Counted from the first letter of the stretch, positions 25,718 through 34,782 are shown. The stretch: 64,000 nt of DNA from Magallana gigas (GCF_963853765.1 NC_088862.1:26846001-26910000), one strand, 5' to 3'. Numbers and translations are program-made. The notes: generated by a model not told the origin, from the letters alone.

Positions 25718-28700
25718 CTACCCTATTACTAACTGTTTTAAGACAACTAAACAATCCTCTTTAAATTTTTGTTTATTAGATTTACGGGGTTTAGGGATTG
25801 GTTTGAAGCCTAGACCTACTTTAGGGGCTATTTCATCTATTTCCATATTTTCTTCTAAGGGTACATTTGGGTTATCTAAGGGTATTTCATAGGCTTGACC
25901 ACTATTTTCACCACATTGATTTGACTCATGGGTCTCATCCGATTCTGAATCTACGGTCTGATCATTCTCGTGTTTATACTGCTGATCATCCATGATCGTC
26001 TTAGCTCTTATACGTCTTTGAAGTTCTGCTAGGGGAATATCCTCTTCGTCTGAAGATCCTTCTCTTTCCCATTGTTTGGACTGTATAGCTCTTTCCAATG
26101 GTTCTGGTTGCATGTCTTCATTTTCTGACGACGATTCATCTTCCGGTGGCACCACATAGTTAGTTTTTCTTAGAGTTCTTCCACCATCTTCAGTAGTTTG
26201 TGAAAGGGGCCAGTGCGAAATATCTGCCAATCTTAATTGTCGCGCATGGCATTTGGTGGTTAATCCAGTCAATTGATCTCTCACCACGAAACTAACTGGT
26301 CCTTTCTGCTCTATGATTCGATAATACGGTAGCCACTTTTTATCTAACTTATTTTGTCTTCTGTTGTTCTTAAGGTAGACAGGGTCACCTACCTGAAAAT
26401 TTTCATCTTTGCTTCTCTTATCGGCCTGAGCTTTCTGTTTCTTCTTGGCTTCCTTCATATTACGATGTACTAGCAGGAAAGCTTTATGCTGTTCTTGAAG
26501 GGCAATCTTGTGTTGATCTTCTCCCGCATATCTCCTTCGAGGTTTCATTAACGTATCAAGAGGTAATACGACATCTCTGTTGTACATAAGGTAATATGGG
26601 GAAAACTTTGACGAATCGTTAGGATGGAAACGAATGGCTGCCAACGTCTGATTAAGATGAATATCCCATGTTTGAGCGTTGTCTGTTGTTTTCTTAGCCA
26701 TCACGTCATGTAGAGTTCTATGAAATCGTTCTACTTTACCATTACCTTGAGGGCTGTAATAAGATGTTTTGATATGGTTGATATTCAATTCTTTTAAAGT
26801 TTCTTCCACTTTCTTATTCACATTTTCTGTTCCGTTGTCTGTGAGGATTTGAAGAGGACAGCCATATCTTGGATATATTTCTTCTAAGATAAGATGTACT
26901 ATGTTGTCAGCTGACTTATCAGGGACGGGAAAAGCTTCTGGCCAACCAGAGTAAATGTCTATAAAAGAAACTATGTACTTGTTTCCCGACAAGGATGTTG
27001 GATATGGTCCTGATAGATCAAGTCCTACTTTAGCCATTGGAAAAGGTGGTATATCTGTCTCTTGAAGTGGAGGTTGATTTTTCTTATTGCTCCTCGTTTG
27101 GCATACTACACATCCTTCTATATAAGAGTATAACCTTTTGTACAAATTTGGTATGTAGTACTTTTGTCTGATTACGTCATATGTTTTGTCCACTCCCATA
27201 TGTCCAAGTCCGTCATGATACTGCTGCACTACTAAAAGTTCTAACTCACGTGGTACATACAGGCGAAGTTTTGGGCCTTCTGAGTCTCCATCTGAAAGAT
27301 AGTACATTAAACCATCAATTTCCAGAAACTTCTTTTCTTCGGTTGCCGTTGCTGTTCCTTTATTTAACCGATTCTTCAGTTTCTTGATCTGCTCGTCGTG
27401 TTGTTGACTTTCTTTGATGTTGATATCCTCTGGTAGATCAATAAAGGGTTTGACCAATTCGTCGTTTTGTTTAACTTCACATCTGGCTAATCTCTTAGGC
27501 GAAAAGGCATTGGAGTTAAGTACGTTCACTTCAAAGAAATTGTCCTTAACATCTGGTTCATCATGCTCTGATTGTTCTTCCTCTTCACACTCGAGGTTGA
27601 CTGTCGGTAATCGGGATAAGAGATCTGCACAGCAGTTAAATCTTCCTTCTATGTACTCTACCTTACAGTTATATCCTGCAATACTTAATGCCCATAGTTG
27701 AATTTTCTTATTTTGCATTGGAGAGTCTAAGATATACTTGAGCGGCTTATGGTCTGTTCTTATAGTAAACTGAGCACCGTGTAAATAATGGTCTAACTTC
27801 TGAAGGGCGTAATGGATTGCAAATGCCTCCTTTTCTATGGTTGACCACTTTTCTTGAGTTTTACTCAGCTTGTGGGATAAGTAATATATTGGCTTATCTT
27901 CTCCCTCATCTGTCTTTTGAGTAAGGCACGCTCCAATACATTTGTCGCTGGCATCGGTGTACAGGATGTAAGGCTTATTAGTATCTGGATATGCTAGTAA
28001 AGGCACTACCGTTAAACTTTCTTTAATAAAGTCAAACGCTTTTTGGCAACATGGCGTCCATTTGAACCTTGCATATTTTCTGGTTAAGTCAATCAATGGT
28101 TCCGCAATCTTAGAGAAATTCGGTATAAATCTCCTGTAATAACTACACATACCTATAAAGCCACGAACTTCTCGGACTGTAGTGGGCGCTGGTAACTTTC
28201 TTATAGCTTCGACTTTCTTTGAATCAGGTGTAACGCCATGTTCATCAATGATGAAACCAAGATATTCTGTCTGTTCCTTGAAGAAACTACATTTCTTTAG
28301 CTTCATTTTAAGTCCATGCTTCCTTAGGCGGTTGAAAACGTCTTGAATATGCCGAAGATGATCTTCCGGTGTCTCTGAGAATATAAGAATGTCATCCAGG
28401 TATGCGATGGCAAACTCCTCTTGTCCTTGAAGAACTATGTTCATCAGCTCTTGAAAGACTGCCGGTGCATTACTCAACCCAAATGGCATCCGGTTGAATT
28501 GGAATAGTCCTTTGTGACATGCAAAGGCCGTTTTTTCTTTACTTGAATCTTCTAATTTCACTTGCCAATATCCACTCTTTAAGTCTAGTGCAGTGAAATA
28601 TTTTGCCTTACCTAGTAAACATAGGATATCATCAATCAACGGTAGCGGGAATGATACGGGTTTCACTATCTTATTCAAGCTTCTAAAGTCAACGCACATC

Positions 28701-29779
28701 CGGTCTGATCCGTCCTTTTTCTTCACCACTACTAAGGGAAATGACCAAGGCGATTGTGATCTCTCAATAATCTTTGCGTCCATCATTTCTAGTATGGCCT
28801 TGTCAATTATCTGTCTTTTATTTAAGGGTACACGGTAGGGTCTGTTCTTTATTGGGTGGTGATCTCCAGTTTCTATCTTCATTTTAACAGTATCAGTCAC
28901 TCCAAGGTCACTGTCTTTCTTTGCAAATAAATCATTGTTTTTGCTCACAAGTCTTTTGATTGAGAGTTCAAATCTTTTAGGTACATCAATTTCTTCTTTT
29001 GTGTCTTGAGTAGTCTGTATTTCTGAGATTTCCTTCTGTTTTAATGCGGTAATTCGTCCTACTATGTAGCCTCTTGGAATTTTATAATTTTTGTTAGTTT
29101 GGTTAACGAAGATCATTGGAACTTTCTTATCCTTCCGAACTATACAAACGGCGTCTTTTAAATATAGTCCTGGGTCTTCCATAATGCAGTTATTGTCTAT
29201 GCTGTTCACTTCAACCAAGTCATTTTTTTCCAGAGGAAAATTGTTATTTATTTTTCCATAGAATACAGTCACCGTGTTTGGTCTCATAATAAGTTTCTTA
29301 GGAGTTCTTACAATAGTTGAGATGTGTAAATCTTCTTTAAGTTCCGCGTATACTTTGCCATCAATACGCATGAGTCCAAGATCAAAGTATAAACGAACAT
29401 TGTTTTTCTTGAGCCAATCACGACCGAGAATCATGTTTCGGTTGAGTCCCTTTGTCACATAAAGTCTGTGGTCTAAAGTTAACCCTGAAATCTTAAAGGA
29501 AATATTTACATACCCTATCGCAATTAAAGAATTGCCATTTGCTGCTTGTAAAGAGGGGATGTCATTATTAAACAACTTGGGGCGGGGAAATAGATTATCA
29601 TACATTTTCTTACTAATTAGAGATACGGCTGCGCCTGTATCTACCAAAGCTCTAAATTTATTTTTACCTACTTTTAATAAACAGCTACTGGGGTTGTTAG
29701 TAAAATTAATTTCATATGTAGGTCTTTGTTTAAAGTTCTTTCTTCGGGCTTCAACGAAGGAAGAACGTCTTAGTTTTCC
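25718..29779 (-). CDS. pol: Pol polyprotein (aspartic protease, RT, RNase H, integrase), expressed by -1 frameshift from gag
   Basis: LVDTGA; VDFRSLN; AYLDDILIFS; LYTDAS; integrase HHCC (HDGLGH...CVVC) and D,D(35)E (GLD, TDNG, VERF); FQVGDPVYL; long acidic tail. The frame is open upstream of the listed ORF start as far as the gag end. Confidence 0.97.
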   Translation of the reverse strand, partial: GKLRRSSFVEARRKNFKQRPTYEINFTNNPSSCLLKVGKNKFRALVDTGAAVSLISKKMYDNLFPRPKLFNNDIPSLQAANGNSLIAIGYVNISFKISGLTLDHRLYVTKGLNRNMILGRDWLKKNNVRLYFDLGLMRIDGKVYAELKEDLHISTIVRTPKKLIMRPNTVTVFYGKINNNFPLEKNDLVEVNSIDNNCIMEDPGLYLKDAVCIVRKDKKVPMIFVNQTNKNYKIPRGYIVGRITALKQKEISEIQTTQDTKEEIDVPKRFELSIKRLVSKNNDLFAKKDSDLGVTDTVKMKIETGDHHPIKNRPYRVPLNKRQIIDKAILEMMDAKIIERSQSPWSFPLVVVKKKDGSDRMCVDFRSLNKIVKPVSFPLPLIDDILCLLGKAKYFTALDLKSGYWQVKLEDSSKEKTAFACHKGLFQFNRMPFGLSNAPAVFQELMNIVLQGQEEFAIAYLDDILIFSETPEDHLRHIQDVFNRLRKHGLKMKLKKCSFFKEQTEYLGFIIDEHGVTPDSKKVEAIRKLPAPTTVREVRGFIGMCSYYRRFIPNFSKIAEPLIDLTRKYARFKWTPCCQKAFDFIKESLTVVPLLAYPDTNKPYILYTDASDKCIGACLTQKTDEGEDKPIYYLSHKLSKTQEKWSTIEKEAFAIHYALQKLDHYLHGAQFTIRTDHKPLKYILDSPMQNKKIQLWALSIAGYNCKVEYIEGRFNCCADLLSRLPTVNLECEEEEQSEHDEPDVKDNFFEVNVLNSNAFSPKRLARCEVKQNDELVKPFIDLPEDINIKESQQHDEQIKKLKNRLNKGTATATEEKKFLEIDGLMYYLSDGDSEGPKLRLYVPRELELLVVQQYHDGLGHMGVDKTYDVIRQKYYIPNLYKRLYSYIEGCVVCQTRSNKKNQPPLQETDIPPFPMAKVGLDLSGPYPTSLSGNKYIVSFIDIYSGWPEAFPVPDKSADNIVHLILEEIYPRYGCPLQILTDNGTENVNKKVEETLKELNINHIKTSYYSPQGNGKVERFHRTLHDVMAKKTTDNAQTWDIHLNQTLAAIRFHPNDSSKFSPYYLMYNRDVVLPLDTLMKPRRRYAGEDQHKIALQEQHKAFLLVHRNMKEAKKKQKAQADKRSKDENFQVGDPVYLKNNRRQNKLDKKWLPYYRIIEQKGPVSFVVRDQLTGLTTKCHARQLRLADISHWPLSQTTEDGGRTLRKTNYVVPPEDESSSENEDMQPEPLERAIQSKQWEREGSSDEEDIPLAELQRRIRAKTIMDDQQYKHENDQTVDSESDETHESNQCGENSGQAYEIPLDNPNVPLEENMEIDEIAPKVGLGFKPIPKPRKSNKQKFKEDCLVVLKQLVIG
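29735..29779 (-). promoter_or_regulatory. -1 ribosomal frameshift signal (G GAA AAC, 6-nt spacer, 11-bp stem-loop)
   Basis: G_GAA_AAC_TAA at 29779-29770; stem GTTCTT-C-CTTCG / CGAAG-A-AAGAAC (29766-29735) with an 8-nt loop. Confidence 0.75.
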
Positions 29780-31089
29780 TGTTTTTGTTTGTCAAAATAA
29801 GAGCGCGATTTGAAATTTTGAGACGATCCCCTATTTACTTGGTCGCTAGATTTATATGTTCGGCCTTGACGATTTGATGGTCTGCCCCGATTTTGCTGCG
29901 TTCTTTGATACATATGCGAGCCCCAACAATCTGCACGCACATGACCTACTTTACCACAATTCCAACATTCCACAGGCGAACGGGGTTTCTGCTCTATATT
30001 ATGGACGGGTTTGTTTTGACTTGGTCGTTTATCTATTTGAGGACGGGACCTGACTTGGGATTTATTTTGAGTACAAAATCGAGCCCTATGACCCGTCTGT
30101 TTACATTTAAAACACCTACTATTACGCGCATGGTCAATTTCCATTGGTTCTACATGCCTTGTCTCTACTGAGGTAAGATTATCTGCTCTATCCTTTAATA
30201 AGGGAAGAGTAGTATCAAAATTTGAAAGAGTTCGTCTGTTGTCATTACTTTGTACAATTTCTGTCATATTTGACCCTCTTATCGCTAGCCTCTGTCTCAG
30301 ATTTTGTTCTCGCATTGCTATTTGAATTGCGGATTCTAAATCTTTAGGGTTTTCTCGCAAAATTTTCATTCTGAGGTAGTCGAATGTCAACCCGTCACAA
30401 AAGATATCTACTAACTGTTGTTGTATCAAAGGGTCTTTTAGTCTGTCATTACTGTAGGCGTCTTCCGCGATTTGCAATAGTCTCTCGGCGAACAACTGAA
30501 CACTTTCATTTGAATGTTGTCGAGTCTTACGCATTACTGCTAACGCGTGTTGGGGGTCTGTTATTTCTGCAAATCTATTTTTAAGGGATTCCTTAAGATC
30601 GTTCCAAGATGGGATTTCTTCAGACGCATCTGTTTCATCTAAATACCTTTTAATATAATCCCCAACTGAACCCTTACTCGTTATGTATGCAAGCATGGGG
30701 ATCTCATGACCTTGTTTCCCAGACATAACACTGTACTTTTCAACTTCCTTTATCCACTGTTTAAATTTTTGAGCATCTCCCTCAAAAGGAGTTATCACAG
30801 AAGATAGGGGCACTGAGAGTGCAGCTGTTATAGCTTTAACTTGACCAATAAAAAAATCTTTTTCATCATCCTGATCTGGGACTCGGTGTCGAGTTTCACG
30901 AGTTTCATACGGCCTAGCATCATGATATGTTTCAAAAGTATTTTGTTTAATCTGCTCTTTTTCTGGGGATTTTTGACCTGTTTCTTGCCCTTTATTTTCT
31001 TTGTTCTGACCCAACCCCGCGAATTGTTTTTCTAATTGCTCCATTTGATTTTTAAATTCTTTTTTATCAAACCCATCACCTGTCGCCAT
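29770..31089 (-). CDS. gag: Gag polyprotein (439 aa) with capsid-like core and two CCHC zinc knuckles
   Basis: CFKCKQTGHRARFC and CWNCGKVGHVRADC; AATATGG start context; lies between the PBS and pol. Confidence 0.95.
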   Translation of the reverse strand: MATGDGFDKKEFKNQMEQLEKQFAGLGQNKENKGQETGQKSPEKEQIKQNTFETYHDARPYETRETRHRVPDQDDEKDFFIGQVKAITAALSVPLSSVITPFEGDAQKFKQWIKEVEKYSVMSGKQGHEIPMLAYITSKGSVGDYIKRYLDETDASEEIPSWNDLKESLKNRFAEITDPQHALAVMRKTRQHSNESVQLFAERLLQIAEDAYSNDRLKDPLIQQQLVDIFCDGLTFDYLRMKILRENPKDLESAIQIAMREQNLRQRLAIRGSNMTEIVQSNDNRRTLSNFDTTLPLLKDRADNLTSVETRHVEPMEIDHARNSRCFKCKQTGHRARFCTQNKSQVRSRPQIDKRPSQNKPVHNIEQKPRSPVECWNCGKVGHVRADCWGSHMYQRTQQNRGRPSNRQGRTYKSSDQVNRGSSQNFKSRSYFDKQKQEN

Positions 31090-31150
31090 ATTGGTTGCTT
31101 AGACAAAGTTGTTTACTTCGAGATAGCTATAAGAGACATATAGAAATGGT

Positions 31151-31159
31151 TCTTACCTT
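31151..31159 (-). promoter_or_regulatory. Leader splice donor AAG|GTAAGA (exon ends at 31157)
   Basis: Near-consensus 5' splice site between the PBS and the gag ATG, where retroviral major donors lie. Confidence 0.75.
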
Positions 31160-31182
31160 ACTCTGTATTGAACTTCGCTCAG

Positions 31183-31200
31183 TCCTGGTCACTGGCACCA
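31183..31200 (-). promoter_or_regulatory. Primer-binding site, probably tRNA-His(GUG)
   Basis: TGGTGCC(A)GTGACCAGGA is complementary to a recalled invertebrate tRNA-His 3' end (TCCTGGTCACGGCACCA) with one bulged nt; it starts 10 nt after the 5' LTR. Confidence 0.65.
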
Positions 31201-31210
31201 AGAAAGTTCA

Positions 31211-31946
31211 TGTAAGCCTTCTGTCTTACAGGATCCTATTGAGGGTCAGCTCAAGCTTATGGATGACAAGTCCAGGATTTCTTTCTCAAGCGGTTTTATT
31301 AAGCGTGATCGTATAGTTACAATAACATCAGCTAATAGCAGCCCAAATCAGGAGTCTGCACAATCTCATTTCATATGGGTATATATAAGGTTTTACTTAT
31401 GATGGACAGTTTTGACTAGTTCGGCCCATATACGACGATCATGAGTGAACATTTAGTGTTCAAAATTAAGATTAATATTTTATTCCTAAATAAAGTAACA
31501 AAACCGTCAAAACTGCCAATCAAAGAGTCTGGATGCAGGATGTGGGTCTCCGAGTCCTGGGTCTCGGAGCCCCCCCACCTAGTATGAGGCATCACTTACT
31601 CACAATACGTTCATTCATACACGGCATAAAAGGTTACAAAGGTTAATATATAGAATACACAATACATGACTCAATATAGAATACTAGAGCATTCGTTGCA
31701 GACACAGAATCGCCAAATAGGTCACATGTTGTTAAAATCTCAATTTGGATATTATTCTGCCCGTATTATGACCTGGTTTCATAACATCATTTAGGAATAC
31801 TACGCATTGCTACAAGAGTCACAGAGTTCATTCTGTCAATTATCATTAACACCATTCAGTGCGCAGCATCTAGGTACACATAAATATCATAGTGACCATT
31901 ATGTAATACTAGCAATTCAAGGTCATAGCATGGCTATCTGTTTACA
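31211..31946 (-). repeat. 5' LTR (736 bp)
   Basis: Partner of 20086-20821; candidate TATA-like (31379-31388 or ~31645-31652) and AATAAA (31295-31300, 31479-31484) signals on the minus strand. Confidence 0.97.
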
Positions 31947-32465
31947 ATTCCTTATGCAAAGTTTGGCTTAAAATGTTTATTTTTTAATCTCAACTCCCCA
32001 TTTTATACTTTAAAATAAAAATTAATGATTAAGATTAAGAACCGTTTTTAAAAGAGTTTGGATTTTTGGTGGGATGTAACTATCTTCTTTGTTTATCAAA
32101 TATTGACATCTTTTCTTCGCATTCGCTAGGAGAAGCTAATTTATTTCATAGACTTCAAAATCGGAAAGTTATTTGCCAAGATTTGCTCTGTTGTGTGAAA
32201 TTTGACGCTGTTTTAACGAAATGTACATTTTTGAATGAAGTAAGAGGAGAGTCAATGAGTTCAGTGTACTCTTTTTCGTTAGCCAATTATATGACACCTA
32301 ACCTAGAGTAGGCCACGCTTTCATCCCATCGGATTTTATCACGTACCGCCCAAAATCCAAGCTCTTGTAAAAACATCGGTGTATTTGATTTGTTTCTCAA
32401 GTTCTTTGTAAAACCATGTTTTAAAAGCAGGGCAAATCTTCATAGAACAAAAAAATCCCTTTGTG

Positions 32466-33401
32466 TCAACATATTTCACATAGGGTAGAAAACCCTTTAG
32501 GTAGATATTTTTTCACACGCAAGTAAACAACTTCAGAAAACAACAGATAAATGATGGGGTTAACAGAAAATTTTAACATCCAAGCCATCCGAGCAATCAA
32601 CAACAAACTCCTGCACTCGTATTCTGAGCAACAAACACCAAAATAAATCAAACAGAAACACAGCGGATAGAGGGCCGCCGACATCGTGAAGACTGTCAAG
32701 ATGACCGTCAACATTCTTGACAACACTATCATCTGGGTTTTTGCACGCATAATACTCTTTGATCCTCCACTAGCCCGGAGTTGACAGGGCAATACATCTG
32801 TCTTCAGTGACGTAATTTTTTTAACATGGAAATAAATGATGAAGCAAATTGGAAGAAACAGTAAGTATCCCCGAAACAACAGAACGGTGGGTAGAACGTC
32901 CATATCTATGTGGAAGCGAAGAATGTAGTACACAATTGTAAAACACACACTCAATATCCAAAGCATCCCTGAAATCTTTAATAACTTTCTCTTTGAGAGG
33001 GTTTTGTACTGAAGAGGTTTTACAACACAATAGTACCGAAGGCCAACAAGAAATACCACATGGGCCGCCGATGCATGAGTAGTTCCAAAAGTTGCTGACA
33101 TGAAGAATTTTTCAAATGTACGGATATCTGTTTTTAATTCAAACAATAAAACAACAAGGAAAGTGATGCCATATAAACTAACAGTCACCAAGTCACTCAT
33201 GATTAGCGCAGCGATGGCAAAATAAGTCTGTGTGTGTAAACGTTTGTACGAAACAATTTTAGCGAATGCAACGGTATGACCAGCAATTCCACATACTGTC
33301 AAGACAGGAATTATTACTCTCATGAACGAAGATTCCACCTCAATGTGCACAGGAATCGTGAGGGAAAGATAGCCTTGAATTTGAGAACAATTTCGATCCA
33401 T
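32466..33401 (-). CDS. Class A (rhodopsin-like) 7TM receptor, copy 1 (311 aa, intronless CDS)
   Basis: Seven hydrophobic segments; LxxxD in TM2, LRY at the DRY position, TM4 Trp, TM5 Pro, NPIIY in TM7. Confidence 0.88.
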   Translation of the reverse strand: MDRNCSQIQGYLSLTIPVHIEVESSFMRVIIPVLTVCGIAGHTVAFAKIVSYKRLHTQTYFAIAALIMSDLVTVSLYGITFLVVLLFELKTDIRTFEKFFMSATFGTTHASAAHVVFLVGLRYYCVVKPLQYKTLSKRKLLKISGMLWILSVCFTIVYYILRFHIDMDVLPTVLLFRGYLLFLPICFIIYFHVKKITSLKTDVLPCQLRASGGSKSIMRAKTQMIVLSRMLTVILTVFTMSAALYPLCFCLIYFGVCCSEYECRSLLLIARMAWMLKFSVNPIIYLLFSEVVYLRVKKYLPKGFSTLCEIC

Positions 33402-33682
33402 TTTTCAGGGTAATGCGAGACACCATTTGCTGTGAAAGTAATAAGATCTCCTAAGCAGTTACATTATGTCAGAATGAAAGACACCTTAATCTAAATCGCT
33501 TTAATATTGGCTTTTCAAAAACTTTAAATTTTTCAGTGCCCACGTGATTCTGCACAGATATCATAAATGTAAGAAGGTATTGGGAACACGATTGGTTTTA
33601 AAGTATACTGGTGGGTGGTGTCTTCTTAGCAATTGCATCATCTTTCAAAGAAATATTTTGATCAGAAAGCGTTAATATTACG

Positions 33683-34782
33683 AACAAAGCACGGATATAC
33701 TCGGTCAAGCAAGGTTTGTCACGGTTTGAATACGATTTGCAAACGATTTTCATACGATTTTTGTACGGTTCAAAGTACGGTCTAGTACGGTCTGTTACGG
33801 CCTAGTACAATTAAAAACGACTTTTACTCGATTAACTGGACATTTACAGGGTTTACATACGGTCCCATCGACTTTTGTTCGAGTTATGATCGAATTATCA
33901 CACATTTGTGTATGTTTTGATATAAATTGACTCGTTTTGATGTCTTGGCTTCATAAATTTTCGAATTTTCAACAGAGAAGTTATAAAAATGGCAGATGAC
34001 AGAATAAGGGAATTAGAAATCATGATAAGACTGATATACATTGAGATTATTTTGGCCAGAAGGCGCGAGGGGAGACAGGGTCAACAGGTTGAAGTGGTCG
34101 GAGGGCCTTGGTGGCCCTTTTTGTATTCTCTCTGGGAGAATATTCCATGGTGGGGATTCTTTTGGGGACCTTCTTCTTCTTTGGAGGCATTATGTAGCAA
34201 GTACTCTGTTGTTTCAAGGTGTCAGCAGGTAGTTGTGTTTTCTGTTGTGTTCGAGTGCTCTATGATCATACACGAGCTTTGTACAGACGAAGAGACCGTG
34301 TCTGGTCGTACTTGACCATGTATAATTCGTACTTGAACCGTATTGGTCGTATGTCGATCGTATGGTACCGTATTGGTCGTATAAAACCGTGTGTACACTC
34401 GTGTGAATCGTACGGTGATCGTGTGACATTCGAGTGTTAATCTGGGTGCTGGATGTAGGACTTGGGAACGGTTTCACACGATTCCATACGATTTATATAC
34501 GATAATGACACGGTTGAGCTCTCTCGTGGAATGAACTTCATGTGCGGTTGTATATACGGTTTCGTGCGGTCTGACATGGTCTTGTACGATCGCTAATATG
34601 ATCATACACGGACATGGCACCCGTGCCAGATTTTTAAAAGTTTAAAAAATCATACACGGCTTTCACGGATACACTCGAATGGCCCGAGTGTAAGTCGGAT
34701 AAGGCCACGGTTGGGTCGGTTGTATGTACGGTTTACACGGGTGGCCAACCGTATAAGCTGTGTGTTCTGTGTGAGACAGGCG
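33683..34782 (+). mobile_element. Truncated, internally deleted PIF/Harbinger-like DNA transposon at the duplication junction
   Basis: Right end ...TGTGTGAGACAGGCG followed by TAA (Harbinger-type target); dense YACGRT subterminal motifs; short ORF 33989-34315 (MADDRIRELEIMIRLIYIEIILARRR) loosely resembling a transposase N-terminus; left TIR absent. Confidence 0.55.

Larger units (their letters stand above)
20086..31946 (-). mobile_element. Full-length env-bearing Ty3/Gypsy LTR retroelement (errantivirus-like) with four accessory ORFs
   Basis: Paired TG...CA LTRs; ATTC TSD (20082-20085 and 31947-31950); PBS; PPT; gag with two CCHC knuckles; pol in PR-RT-RH-IN order; F-type env. Confidence 0.97.
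17266..33682. repeat. Tandem segmental duplication unit 1 (~4.55 kb net, interrupted by the LTR element)
   Basis: 17266-20085 plus 31947-33682 aligns collinearly with 34783-39188, including the GPCR gene and microsatellites. Confidence 0.92.

Noticed and set aside
23701-29647. ORF-track starts for env (23775), ORF B (25367) and pol (29647)
   Set aside because: These use TTG/GTG starts. Better-supported starts are the ATGs after the splice acceptors (23700, 25331) and the -1 frameshift for pol.
27181-30584. Plus-strand ORFs antisense to gag/pol
   Set aside because: Expected by-products of long coding frames; nothing recognisable.
33340-33427. Upstream out-of-frame ATG overlapping the GPCR start in copies 1 and 2
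   Set aside because: Depends on an unverified 5' UTR splice, and copy 3 has only ATG-TGA; too weak to report.
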